DNA from: Nitrosopumilaceae archaeon
GTDB taxonomy: Archaea; Thermoproteota; Nitrososphaeria; Nitrososphaerales; Nitrosopumilaceae
Direction of reading: 5' to 3'
Length of the DNA: 64,000 bases
Assembly (NCBI GenBank): GCA_965207375.1
Contig: OZ242274.1
Location: 800,001-864,000, forward strand
Below are positions 1-9,531 of this stretch, one piece after another (the first letter of the stretch is position 1; each line of letters begins with the position of its first letter). The translations under genes were made by a program, and so were the position numbers. The notes below the pieces were generated by a model, which ran no database searches, was not told where the DNA came from, and saw only the letters and a program-made list of their open reading frames with translations.

Positions 1-1
1 A

Positions 2-592
2 GATCAAATACCTGATTTCCAAGATTTGTGTCCGATTCAATCCGAAACATACAACAATTACAAAGATGATGATGGTTGCCCTGACAAAAATCTCTCAACA
101 TCTGACTCTGATTTGGACGGAATTGCAGATGTAGATGATCTCTGTCCGATATTGCCTGAAAACTATAACAAATTCCAGGATACAGACGGCTGTCCAGACT
201 CTGTAGTTGCATCTTCTAGTCAGTACCAGTTCCCAGATACTGACGGTGACGGAATTCAGGATAGACGGGACAGCTGCATCAACGAGGCTGAAAACTTTAA
301 TGATTATCTAGATTGGGACGGCTGTCCTGATGTAATTCCTGCAGGAAATACAGAACCAACACGCATTGATACTGACGATGACGGAATCGTGGACGGATTA
401 GATTCGTGTCCAAATCATAAGGAAACATGGAACAAATACAAAGATACCGACGGCTGTCCTGACATATTCCCAGAACAATCACGATTCATACACGACAATG
501 ACCTAGATGGTATCATCAATGAGGATGACATGTGCCCAGCCGTTGCAGAGGATTATGACGGCATCAAAGATACCGACGGCTGTCCAGAATAA
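2..592 (+). CDS. Thrombospondin type 3 (TSP3) repeat Ca-binding protein, C-terminal part (gene starts before window)
   Basis: Frame open from position 2 (DQIPDFQDLCP...); repeated DxDxDGIxDxxDxCP...DGCPD units; C-terminus nearly identical to 14872..17037. Confidence 0.9.
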   Translation, partial: DQIPDFQDLCPIQSETYNNYKDDDGCPDKNLSTSDSDLDGIADVDDLCPILPENYNKFQDTDGCPDSVVASSSQYQFPDTDGDGIQDRRDSCINEAENFNDYLDWDGCPDVIPAGNTEPTRIDTDDDGIVDGLDSCPNHKETWNKYKDTDGCPDIFPEQSRFIHDNDLDGIINEDDMCPAVAEDYDGIKDTDGCPE

Positions 593-626
593 TCAAAATT
601 CTCAGATTTTTTCATTAATGAAAAGG

Positions 627-699
627 GGCCCTCGAGGGGAATCGAACTCCTGTCCGGGGATCCACAATCCCCTATACTAACCACTGTACTACGAGGGCC
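627..699 (-). tRNA. tRNA-His(GTG), with encoded G-1
   Basis: Minus strand reads G-GCCCTCG...GGGGA TT GTG GA TCCCC...TTCGATT...CGAGGGC-C; cloverleaf folds; one A:C mismatch in the T-stem. Confidence 0.95.
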
Positions 700-792
700 A
701 CAGAGAATCTAGGGGTTTTTCCTGTAATAATCTTTGATTTTTGGCAGAATCAGGCACTGTAGATTTATTATTGAGCGTATATCATTTGACGT

Positions 793-873
793 ATGAGATA
801 CTGGTGGCTAGGTATGGCATTGGCGTCTGGAATAGTTTGGTATGGAATAAACTATCTACTTCCTTGGAAATAG
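793..873 (+). CDS. 26-aa single-helix membrane microprotein (MRYWWLGMALASGIVWYGINYLLPWK)
   Basis: ATG..TAG ORF below the ORF-track cutoff; hydrophobic and aromatic-rich; TTTATTA TATA-like box about 25-30 nt upstream. Confidence 0.55.
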   Translation: MRYWWLGMALASGIVWYGINYLLPWK

Positions 874-989
874 GACTCGATTTTAACAGATGCTAGTGAT
901 TTCAAAAAATAGTTCTTGATTAGATAGTGATTTTTGTGCGATATTAGGTAAAACGTGGACCTGACGGGATGAGGCCGTATTTGCCGCTC

Positions 990-1256
990 TATAGTCCCAA
1001 AAGTAGTTCACCCCCCTCCGGTTTTGACTGTGCCAATCTAGACTGCAACAATCACATTACGTCCATATACTATGTATGGAGTAGAAATGATGACATGTGC
1101 CTTGCTCCCAAAACATGACAAGCATAAACCAAGACGCAGTAAAAGATGGCGACATGTCAGCAGGCAGAAGTTACAGATAGTGAGCAAACTAGACGAATCC
1201 CAAGTCGACTGGATATTGCGGGAAAAGCGCAAGATTACCTCCAACAAGGAGATAAC
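990..1256 (+). mobile_element. IS481-like element remnant (left end plus transposase N-terminal fragment)
   Basis: KLDESQVDWILREKRK..SNKEI resembles the N-terminus of thaumarchaeal IS481-type transposases (from recall); the 31-bp segment 992-1022 recurs at 37700-37730. Confidence 0.55.
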
Positions 1257-1673
1257 CGAATCAATTGGTAGGATTGCACACGACTTTTGCATCTTCTTTA
1301 TGGGACACAAGTGCTCGATGGAGATAAAATACACCACCAACAAGAGGATGTTGCCTTAGATTCTGACTCTGGAGATGTGCGAGTCGTTTGTAAGATCTGA
1401 AGAGTTCCTAGATTTGGAGAATCGCATGAACAGCACTACGTGATGCAGGACCACAAGCAGGAGCTGTAGGATGCAATACAGAGCACGACGCTAGAGCAGC
1501 TGGACCTGATGCTAGAGGCGCTAAGAAATGGTGCAAGCAACATACAAGGTCTGACTCGCCACCAAGGCAGCGGCAAACTGTTGCAGACACCGATGCCGCA
1601 GAGCGTCTGATTGTACAGCACGGCTGGGTTGTACGCATGCACGCTGCCAAACGGCAAAGTGGTGTTGCATTAG
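1255..1673 (+). pseudogene. Tyrosine recombinase/integrase, C-terminal fragment, disrupted
   Basis: ESIGRIAHDFCIFFMGHKCSMEIKYTTNKRMLP*ILTLEMCESFVRSEEFLDLE (box II MGH and catalytic Tyr), then frameshifted QHGW/YACTLPNGKVVLH*; ends about 45 nt from the tRNA-Arg 3' end. Confidence 0.75.
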
Positions 1674-1718
1674 CCACCGCAGCGACAACCAAAAAAGAGC
1701 TCGCCCCAAGTGTAGTAG

Positions 1719-1793
1719 TGGGCCCGGAGGGCTTCGATCCCTCGACCATTGGATTAGAAGTCCAACACTCTATCCATGCTGAGCTACAGGCCC
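1719..1793 (-). tRNA. tRNA-Arg(TCT)
   Basis: GGGCCTGTAGCTCAGCATGGATAGAGTGTTGGACTTCTAATCCAATGGTCGAGGGATCGAAGCCCTCCGGGCCCA folds as a cloverleaf. Confidence 0.95.
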
Positions 1794-1941
1794 AAAAACT
1801 TGGGGAGTTTTTACCATTTTAAGGGTTTAAACCGTCATGTGTAATTCCAAGTTTTACCCAAAATCATCTGCAACACTTGTAAGCCAATTATACAAATAAT
1901 GACACCATTGTCAATGTACTCACTGTTCCAGTCAAAGCAAG

Positions 1942-2772
1942 TTACCATCCTCTCAGGTTTTGATCTCTGATTGACTTGAACAAAAATTGCTGAGACAGTC
2001 CTGCAAAAGCTCCAAAATAACTTACAACCTGATTGTGCAGCATTTCATATTTTTTTGTTGTGATACTTTTTGTCTTGATTGAAAACCTTTTTGCATAAAA
2101 TTCCTCTAGTGCCTTTAACATCCACGTGTCAAGCGGAAACGCATCTAACTTTTCTAATGAAAACAACATGATACAGTCTGCAACCTTGTTTCCTATACCG
2201 GGAACCTGCACTAGTGTGGATTTTACTGTCTGATAGCTTTGCTTTTTTAGATCATCAAAATCTATTTGCCCATCTGCGATTTTTTGGGATGCCTGCTTTA
2301 CAAATTTTGTCCTGTACCCTAACCCGCATTGCTGTAATTGGCCCAAAGGTGCATCTGCAAGCTTTTTTGGATTTGGAAACACATAGTACGTGTCATTTTT
2401 GAAACTTTTCTTTTTTCCAAACTTTTGACACAGTTTTTTCAGCCGTAGTCTGATGTTTGGTATATTTGAGTTTGATGAGACTATAAATGAAATATAGCAT
2501 TGAAACGGATCCTGTCGTAACAGCCTGAGACCTCTGTATTTTTTTACTGCCCGTCGTATAACCGGATCCTTTGAGATGCTTTTTAGCATCATGTCATAGT
2601 TGTCGCTTAATCTAAAAAATTCATATTCTGATTCACTAGATGAATCCTGTTCAAAATTTTCACTTACCTGTAAAATCGATTCCCCGTTAATTCCATACCA
2701 ACTGCCGTCGTGCCTTTTCCATAAAAACACCTGCCCGCTGTTAATCGAGTCTGTTACATTTACACTTGACAT
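1942..2772 (-). CDS. 8-oxoguanine DNA glycosylase (OGG1-like, HhH-GPD)
   Basis: SGQVF-W, LRQDP, GLGYR, GIGNKVADC and AFPLDTW motifs. Confidence 0.88.
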   Translation of the reverse strand: MSSVNVTDSINSGQVFLWKRHDGSWYGINGESILQVSENFEQDSSSESEYEFFRLSDNYDMMLKSISKDPVIRRAVKKYRGLRLLRQDPFQCYISFIVSSNSNIPNIRLRLKKLCQKFGKKKSFKNDTYYVFPNPKKLADAPLGQLQQCGLGYRTKFVKQASQKIADGQIDFDDLKKQSYQTVKSTLVQVPGIGNKVADCIMLFSLEKLDAFPLDTWMLKALEEFYAKRFSIKTKSITTKKYEMLHNQVVSYFGAFAGLSQQFLFKSIRDQNLRGW

Positions 2773-2774
2773 TT

Positions 2775-4040
2775 TCAGACATCAAATGTCTCATTTATTT
2801 TGGGCGCATGCGCCTCAAAACCAAACCTTTCATGAATTTCCTGTGCAAATTTTGTGCACGACTCTGAATCGCCGTGAACAGTCAATACCTTGGGATTGCC
2901 CTGTATAGTCTTTATCATGTCAAACAACTCTGTCCTATCTGAATGTCCAGAAAATTGAAACTGTCGTACCTCTGCTGCTACCTTTAGTTCCTTGCCCCTT
3001 GTAGATACCTTGCCCGTATCTAGTAGCATTTTTCCAGGAGTTCCCTCCCCTTGATACGAAACTAGGGCAATGCCATTTTTATCATCAAATGCTAACTGTT
3101 GCAGGAAAAATACAGCATTTCCACCCACAAGCATACCTGCAGGAGATATTATTACACATGGCTCTTCAATTGATTTTTTGCGCTCTTGATGATTTCGAAT
3201 TGCAATCGAGTCATTAATTGAATCTGCAAATACTTGGGGATCCCTGAGATAACTTGGATGTTTAAACATTATTTCGTTTACCTTCAGTGCCATGCCATCC
3301 ATGTATACATTGTGTTTGAAATTGGCATTTTTTAATATACATGCAATCTCTTGTGATCTTTCAACGGAAAATGAGGGAATAAAACACACTCCTTTTCTGT
3401 CCATTATTTCATTTACAAATTCTAACAGTCCTTCTTCTGATTGGCGTCTTGGTGGCTGGTTTGTTTGCGAATATGTACTTTCAGTAATTAGCAAATCTAT
3501 TTCTCCAATGTCCAAATCCGCCTCGCGCAACATTCTAGAGCCCTTTACATGTATGTCGCCCGTATAGAACATCTTTTTGCCTTCTGCTTGTACCAAGACT
3601 GTACTTCCTCCAAGCACATGACCCGATTCCCTAAACTCAAATGACATTGAACCTCGTTTTACTTGTTCTTTGTATCCTATCTCCTTTACATTTCTCATCA
3701 TATTGTTTACCTCAGGCAGATCAAATGCATGAAAATTTTTTTCAATTTTTAACATGTCCTCAATGAGCAGCTGGCTCAAATCCATGGTTGGCGGTGTTGC
3801 ATATACGTTGGTATTTCCACTTACAAATAGAGACGGAACGTTTCCAGAATGATCCAGATGTGCATGAGTAATGATAATTGAATCAATATCTTTGGGCTTT
3901 ACATGTAGGGGATACTTTGGCGGAGTACCTCTTCTTGCAAATAACACGCCATAATCTAAGAGGAGCGTAGTTGAGCCGCTATTGACAAGAAATCCGGACC
4001 TGCCAACCTCGTTTGCTGCACCTAAAACATTTACCTTCAA
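2775..4040 (-). CDS. MBL/beta-CASP ribonuclease (aCPSF family)
   Basis: GAANEVGRS, THAHLDHSG, GHVLG, YTGD, ESTY, FSGHSD and VHGD motifs. Confidence 0.9.
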   Translation of the reverse strand: MKVNVLGAANEVGRSGFLVNSGSTTLLLDYGVLFARRGTPPKYPLHVKPKDIDSIIITHAHLDHSGNVPSLFVSGNTNVYATPPTMDLSQLLIEDMLKIEKNFHAFDLPEVNNMMRNVKEIGYKEQVKRGSMSFEFRESGHVLGGSTVLVQAEGKKMFYTGDIHVKGSRMLREADLDIGEIDLLITESTYSQTNQPPRRQSEEGLLEFVNEIMDRKGVCFIPSFSVERSQEIACILKNANFKHNVYMDGMALKVNEIMFKHPSYLRDPQVFADSINDSIAIRNHQERKKSIEEPCVIISPAGMLVGGNAVFFLQQLAFDDKNGIALVSYQGEGTPGKMLLDTGKVSTRGKELKVAAEVRQFQFSGHSDRTELFDMIKTIQGNPKVLTVHGDSESCTKFAQEIHERFGFEAHAPKINETFDV

Positions 4041-4153
4041 TATCGTGACTGATTCAGAGTCTACGTTAAAATCTTGTTACGATTGTACCGATCATTCCTC
4101 AAGACTCATAATCTACAAAAGCTTTAATTAGTGTAAGCTAAGATTCGATCTTC

Positions 4154-4366
4154 ATGGGAAGAAGCTTCCAAGAATGGTTAGGTCAACAAGACCAAAAACT
4201 AGTCAGTAAAACGCGTGCTGGTGACGAGGCAAATAAACCCCTTCTTAATCAGGTAAACTGGATTTGGGTACAGAATCTTATGAACAAGAAAGCTGAGCTT
4301 AATCCATCATCTGCAGAATTATTAGATTGGGTAACCTCTGGTCAGATAGACGCAATGAGAAAGTAA
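4154..4366 (+). CDS. Small hypothetical protein
   Basis: Clean ORF with TTTAATTA box upstream and hairpin plus T-tract downstream. Confidence 0.75.
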   Translation: MGRSFQEWLGQQDQKLVSKTRAGDEANKPLLNQVNWIWVQNLMNKKAELNPSSAELLDWVTSGQIDAMRK

Positions 4367-4367
4367 T

Positions 4368-4402
4368 ACGTGAAACCCACGTTTCTTTTTGTTTTTTATT
4401 AT
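4368..4402 (+). terminator. Hairpin plus T-rich terminator
   Basis: ACGTG-aaacc-CACGT followed by TTCTTTTTGTTTTTT. Confidence 0.5.
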
Positions 4403-4504
4403 TTATCGACAAATTGGAGTGTTTATCCGATCAGATTTTTTCTATAACCCTGTTATGAATTTCGATTATGGTTTAAATAGCAACCAAGCATTGATTATAT
4501 CGTA

Positions 4505-4807
4505 ATGCCAATCGCAATACTTCCAGACATTGACGAGCAAAGATGTATCGGATGTGCACTATGTGTAGAAATCTGTACAACACTTGGTCCAGATGTCCTT
4601 AGAGTAAAACCTGTTGAAGGCTGGAAGAGAGGTAAAGCATTTGTATTTTATCCAGAGAGATGTATCTCTGATGGTGCATGCATCGGTGTATGCCCAACAA
4701 AGTCAATCTTTTGGATGAGACCAATGAACTACACTGCTGGACAACCAGTACCTCTTCACAAAAACGGTGTCTTCATCAAGGGCTGGGCAGAAGACGCAGC
4801 ATTATAA
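4505..4807 (+). CDS. 4Fe-4S dicluster ferredoxin
   Basis: CIGCALCVEIC and CISDGACIGVCP motifs. Confidence 0.92.
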   Translation: MPIAILPDIDEQRCIGCALCVEICTTLGPDVLRVKPVEGWKRGKAFVFYPERCISDGACIGVCPTKSIFWMRPMNYTAGQPVPLHKNGVFIKGWAEDAAL

Positions 4808-4838
4808 GCAGAGTCTTTTAGCACACATTTTTTTCTTT

Positions 4839-6350
4839 TTAAATTTTTAAGGACTTTTTTTTGATAGATTTAGAAAGTGTCTTTACAAAAAACTTGATAA
4901 ATTCGTCGTTTTTGTCAAAGATGATTTCCTCAAATTCGTTATTTTCAAAGAATTTCTTCCAGGTCTGTTCAAAGACTGGAAATTCCCTCGGATTTTGTTT
5001 GATTCTTACTGACACATAATGTGCAGCAGGAAACACATCTGAGATCTCTATGGGTATTAACCCCAAAAATGGATTGTATTGGCACACCTGAATGTCGTCT
5101 AAATTTTTCACACTTGCTAGTTTTTTATATTCGGGAGACAGATATGCTGGTTTCTGGCCGGTTTCTGGCATTATTAACAGAGTTCTCTTTTTTGTTTTAA
5201 AATTTCGAACATTTTGATTGTATGAAATCACTTCGGGTCTGAATTGATCCTCTTTTGAAAAAACAAAGATTGCCTTTTCCTTAAATTTTGGCGTGGTTTT
5301 TTCCAAATAATCTACATTTGCAACTAGCACGTCAATTACCTCATACAATTTTGGATGTGCCCTGCATTTTTTGATTACATATTCCCACAGCCTTCCTTCA
5401 TGTATTGCCTCTTTTACCCTGTCCACTTCTGCCTTTATAGAATACAGATTATGCAATGCAATCTTGTTTATTCTATCAGTTTGTTCTAGCATAGATATCT
5501 GCTTGGGCGTATATTTGGTGCAAATTTCACACTGGCATGCAAAATACATCATTTCTGAAATGCGTCTAGTACCGTCCTCTGTAATGTATCTGTCATGTTT
5601 GGCATAGAGCATGTATGAGGCAGAATCAAAGGTATCACATCCTAATGCAACAGCAAACGGAATTGTCAGCGGATGACCGGCACCAAACAGGTGCAATGGA
5701 ACCGAATGCGGCATCTGCTTTTTGGCAGCAATTATCATCTCTGCTAACAGTTTGTACTCGTAAGACTCCATAAATTCAACCGGACTTCCTAGTGCAAGCA
5801 TTGGAAACCCCATATCTAGGAGGGACTTTGTGGATTTTTTTACTAGTTCAAAGTGTTCGCCTCCCTGAATCGGACCAATCCAGATTTGTCCATTATCTGT
5901 ACTTGTCTCAAGTGTTTCCTTGCAGACCCTTAGCGTATGGTCTACGTATTGTTTTGCAGTATTCTTTGATAGTCCAAACCCTGTAGGCTTGTCCAACGGA
6001 ATTGCAAAATCAGTCATAATGTCAATTTCAAATTTTTTCATCTGTTCTGGAGATACGTCCACGTTTCCATACTCTAGAACCTGATAGCCGCCCGAATCCG
6101 TCATTACAGAGCCCTCATAGTTGATTATCTTGTGTATGCCTTTTTTTACTGCCTCGTCTCCATAACTGTTTCTTGAAATGTATGCATTTGTAATGACTAC
6201 ATCAAAGCCCATATCTTGGATCTTTTTTGCGGCGATAGATTGCTTGACAGGATGTATTACAGGAACAAATGACGGAGTTTGGATTACTCCGTGATTGGTT
6301 CTAATCTTTGCTATCCTTGCTGCCAGATCAGTCTTGATAATTTCAAACAT
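4839..6350 (-). CDS. tgtA: Archaeosine tRNA-guanine(15) transglycosylase
   Basis: DSGGYQ, PIQGG, HLFGAGHP, DTFDSASY, CxCxxC Zn site. Confidence 0.93.
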   Translation of the reverse strand: MFEIIKTDLAARIAKIRTNHGVIQTPSFVPVIHPVKQSIAAKKIQDMGFDVVITNAYISRNSYGDEAVKKGIHKIINYEGSVMTDSGGYQVLEYGNVDVSPEQMKKFEIDIMTDFAIPLDKPTGFGLSKNTAKQYVDHTLRVCKETLETSTDNGQIWIGPIQGGEHFELVKKSTKSLLDMGFPMLALGSPVEFMESYEYKLLAEMIIAAKKQMPHSVPLHLFGAGHPLTIPFAVALGCDTFDSASYMLYAKHDRYITEDGTRRISEMMYFACQCEICTKYTPKQISMLEQTDRINKIALHNLYSIKAEVDRVKEAIHEGRLWEYVIKKCRAHPKLYEVIDVLVANVDYLEKTTPKFKEKAIFVFSKEDQFRPEVISYNQNVRNFKTKKRTLLIMPETGQKPAYLSPEYKKLASVKNLDDIQVCQYNPFLGLIPIEISDVFPAAHYVSVRIKQNPREFPVFEQTWKKFFENNEFEEIIFDKNDEFIKFFVKTLSKSIKKKSLKI

Positions 6351-6378
6351 TTTATCATAGTGAAATTGCTGATTATAT

Positions 6379-6933
6379 TTAATTAGTTGGAAAGAACCTT
6401 TCTGTGTCTTGCTTTGCGTATACTAGTGCAAGCCAGTCAATTACGTCCTCGACCCGATGGCCAGATAATGCATTGTTGATGACATTTACGGTTTCTCTAA
6501 TTGAGCGTTTGCTGGTATCTATTTGAATGATTTTTTTGTATCCGAATTTTTTTATCGAGTCATGTGCAATAATTCCAAGTATCTCACTTGCCTGGTTTTC
6601 TATTCTTTTCTGCTTTGAATATTTTCGTTTTCTATATATGGAATCTAGTTTGTATGGATTTTTGCGCAACACTATGACAGTCTCTGCCTGCCGTTTTGCA
6701 AGTACGTAGGGGGCAAGATGACCCACCACTAGCGTGTCTTTTGAAATTTTTTCTTTAATTATATTTTGTAATTTTTTGACATCCACATCAAGTGTTTCTT
6801 TTGACGGCTCGACAATTTTGTTTTGTATTGCCGTTTCGTTAAGATCTAAAATGGTCAGATTTTGACTTTTGGCAATTTTTTCAGATAATGTGTGCTTTCC
6901 TACGCCCGGATTGCCTGTTAATACGATTGCCAT
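6379..6933 (-). CDS. Adenylate kinase 6 / hCINAP-Fap7 family ATPase
   Basis: N-terminal TGNPGVGK P-loop, VVGHL motif; ATG at 6933 preferred as start. Confidence 0.8.
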   Translation of the reverse strand: MAIVLTGNPGVGKHTLSEKIAKSQNLTILDLNETAIQNKIVEPSKETLDVDVKKLQNIIKEKISKDTLVVGHLAPYVLAKRQAETVIVLRKNPYKLDSIYRKRKYSKQKRIENQASEILGIIAHDSIKKFGYKKIIQIDTSKRSIRETVNVINNALSGHRVEDVIDWLALVYAKQDTERFFPTN

Positions 6934-7004
6934 AAATTTCAGATTCTGTAACACGGCTGGTAATTTATGCAATACTAATATGGACAAATAGAATCTTTAT
7001 GTTC

Positions 7005-8195
7005 ATGCAGATTGGACTGTTGGGAAAGGCAAATGTAGGCAAATCTACATTTTTTTCGGCAGCCACACAAACCCCTGTTGCAATTGGGAATTTCCCATTT
7101 ACTACAATAGAGCCCAACGTCGGAGTCGCACATGTCAAAACAGATTGTGCATGCAGGCATTTTGATATCCAACATGAGAGTCAATACTGCGTTTCTGGAA
7201 CTAGGTTTATTCCGGTAAAGCTAATTGACATTGCAGGCTTGGTGCCAGGAGCTCATCAGGGGAAGGGACTTGGAAACCAATTTCTTGATGATGCAAGGCA
7301 GGCACAGGTCTTGATTCATGTTGTCGATATTGCAGGTGCCACAGACATACAGGGACAGCCGGTAAGGCCTGGTTCACACGATCCATTAGAGGATGTAGAG
7401 TTTGTTACAAACGAGTTTGAGCAATGGTTCAAGCAGATACTTGATCGGGAGTGGGACAAGTTATCCAGAGAGGTTGAAATGAAAACTGTAAAGTTAACTC
7501 TGGCAATTGCCAACAGATTCAGCGGATTGGGCATTTCTGAAATTACAATTCAAAGCGTGATGCAAAAACTCAACCTAATTGCTAAACCGCCACAACAATG
7601 GTCACCAGATGACTTGACTGCCTTTGTAAAAAAATTACGTTTTGAATCAAAACCGATTTTGATAGCTGCAAACAAGGCAGATTTGTGTAATGATTTAAGC
7701 ATTGTTGAAAAGATATCTGAATCCAAAGTTATTTTGTGTAGTGCAGAAACTGAGCTTATTCTTAAAAAAGCAAGCAAGTCCGGCCTAGTACATTATGTGC
7801 CAGGCGCAGATCAATTCCAGATAAATGACGAGTCAGATGTAAAACCCGAACAGCAAAAAGCATTAGGTCTTGTTTCCTCAGTACTTGAAAAGATCAAGTG
7901 TACTGGTATACAAAACGCACTTGAAACGGCAGTGTTTGACCTGTTGAAATTAAGCGTGGTTTATCCTGTAGAGGATGAAGCTAAATTATGCAACAAAGAT
8001 GGCCAGGTTTTGCCTGATGCAAAATTAATGCAGCCTGGGTCTACTGCAAAAGACCTGGCACAGTCAGTACATGCAGATATTGCAAAAGGATTTTTGTTTG
8101 CAATAGACTGCAAATCCAAACAAAGAATTGGTGCAGATCACATACTAAAAAACGGTGACGTTATCAAGATAGTCTCTAGTATGAGTAGGGGATGA
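7005..8195 (+). CDS. ychF: OBG-family YchF-related ATPase with TGS domain
   Basis: GKANVGKST, FPFTTIEPN, DIAGLVPGA, NKAD and C-terminal TGS domain. Confidence 0.9.
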   Translation: MQIGLLGKANVGKSTFFSAATQTPVAIGNFPFTTIEPNVGVAHVKTDCACRHFDIQHESQYCVSGTRFIPVKLIDIAGLVPGAHQGKGLGNQFLDDARQAQVLIHVVDIAGATDIQGQPVRPGSHDPLEDVEFVTNEFEQWFKQILDREWDKLSREVEMKTVKLTLAIANRFSGLGISEITIQSVMQKLNLIAKPPQQWSPDDLTAFVKKLRFESKPILIAANKADLCNDLSIVEKISESKVILCSAETELILKKASKSGLVHYVPGADQFQINDESDVKPEQQKALGLVSSVLEKIKCTGIQNALETAVFDLLKLSVVYPVEDEAKLCNKDGQVLPDAKLMQPGSTAKDLAQSVHADIAKGFLFAIDCKSKQRIGADHILKNGDVIKIVSSMSRG

Positions 8196-8196
8196 C

Positions 8197-9180
8197 ATGT
8201 TAGGTTTAGGAATTGAGAGTACGGCACACACCTTCTCCTGTGCAATTATTGAAAAAAAACGACAAAAGGGAGTCATAAGGTCAGACGTACGTAAGATATA
8301 TCGGCCTCCGGATGGTCAAGGAATTCATCCACGTGAGGCATCGCGGCACCATATTGAGAATAGCTCAAGTGTCGTATCTCAATGTCTCAGCGAGGCAGAT
8401 GTAAAGATTGATAATTTGGATCTAGTCTCATATGCAGGCGGTCCGGGCCTTGGCCCATGTTTGCGTGTGGGTGCAGTTGTTGCCAGATCTTTGGCATCAT
8501 ATTATGACATTCCAATTTATCCTGTAAATCATGCAGTAGGACACATTGAGCTTGGAAAATTATTGACAGGTTCTAGGGATCCCTTGGTTTTGCTGGTTTC
8601 TGGAGGCCATACTATGCTTCTTGCATTTTTAATGCAACAGTGGCGGGTTTTTGGCGAAACACTAGATATTACATTGGGACAGCTGTTGGACCAATTTGGA
8701 CGCTATCTGGGATTTGCCTCACCGTGCGGAAAAATGATAGAGGAACTGTCCCTAAAATCTCAAAGATACATTTCGTTGCCATATGCAGTTAAAGGAAATG
8801 ATGTTTCATTTTCGGGCCTGTTGTCTGCTGCAAAATCTATCACATCCGAGGGCAAATCCGATGCATGCTATTCCCTACAGGAGACTGCCTTTGCAATGAT
8901 TTGTGAGGCAGTAGAGCGGGCACTATCTTTTACAAAGAAAAAAGAGCTGATGATAGTAGGCGGTGTTGCTGCCAACAAAAGACTGTCTGCCATGTTACAG
9001 GATGTTTGTAAACGTCAGAATTGCAAATTGTTTGTGGTCCCTTTAAAATATGCAGGAGATTGTGGTTCACAGATTGCATGGACTGCACTATTAGAATCCA
9101 CAGTTAAACAGGGAACCCCAATTAGTGATGCATTTGTCCGTCAATCATGGCGACTAGATACTGTTAAGATACTTTATTGA
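8197..9180 (+). CDS. kae1: KEOPS t6A synthase Kae1
   Basis: GIESTAHT, GPGLGPCL, VNHAVGHIE, VSGGHT, GETLD motifs. Confidence 0.95.
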   Translation: MLGLGIESTAHTFSCAIIEKKRQKGVIRSDVRKIYRPPDGQGIHPREASRHHIENSSSVVSQCLSEADVKIDNLDLVSYAGGPGLGPCLRVGAVVARSLASYYDIPIYPVNHAVGHIELGKLLTGSRDPLVLLVSGGHTMLLAFLMQQWRVFGETLDITLGQLLDQFGRYLGFASPCGKMIEELSLKSQRYISLPYAVKGNDVSFSGLLSAAKSITSEGKSDACYSLQETAFAMICEAVERALSFTKKKELMIVGGVAANKRLSAMLQDVCKRQNCKLFVVPLKYAGDCGSQIAWTALLESTVKQGTPISDAFVRQSWRLDTVKILY

Positions 9181-9520
9181 AATCCTCTATTGCATCTTGT
9201 ATATTTTCTAGCCAGTTTCCTGTACTGAAAACTCCAAACTTGTACGTCTTTTCTCCGTTTACATCTTTTGTTGAAAAACAGACCTTCTTCATCAGCCTTC
9301 CCTCCTTCCAAACCTCAGAGACATCCCCTAGTGAAACATCCAAGACTGTATCTTCGAATTTTTTGGTAAAGTCCATTATTCGCCCCCTTGATTTATCAAA
9401 TGCCAGTCTTTTGGTTGTAAGTGTAAGAATGCCCGAACCTAGAGAATCCTCAGAGCAGTCTTCTTGTTTTATCTTCTCCTCGCCTTGCTCCTTCATGAAG
9501 ATTTTAATCACATTGCTCAA
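9164..9520 (-). CDS. Hypothetical protein, PH/GRAM-like fold
   Basis: GILTLTTKRLAF strand pattern and C-terminal helix with Trp (NWLENIQDAI). Confidence 0.6.
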   Translation of the reverse strand: MSNVIKIFMKEQGEEKIKQEDCSEDSLGSGILTLTTKRLAFDKSRGRIMDFTKKFEDTVLDVSLGDVSEVWKEGRLMKKVCFSTKDVNGEKTYKFGVFSTGNWLENIQDAIEDFNKVS

Positions 9521-9531
9521 TTTTAATTTTG

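Noticed and set aside
1408-1822. ORFs 1408-1749, 1436-1657, 1521-1709 and 1637-1822
   Set aside because: Shadows of the integrase pseudogene and tRNA-Arg
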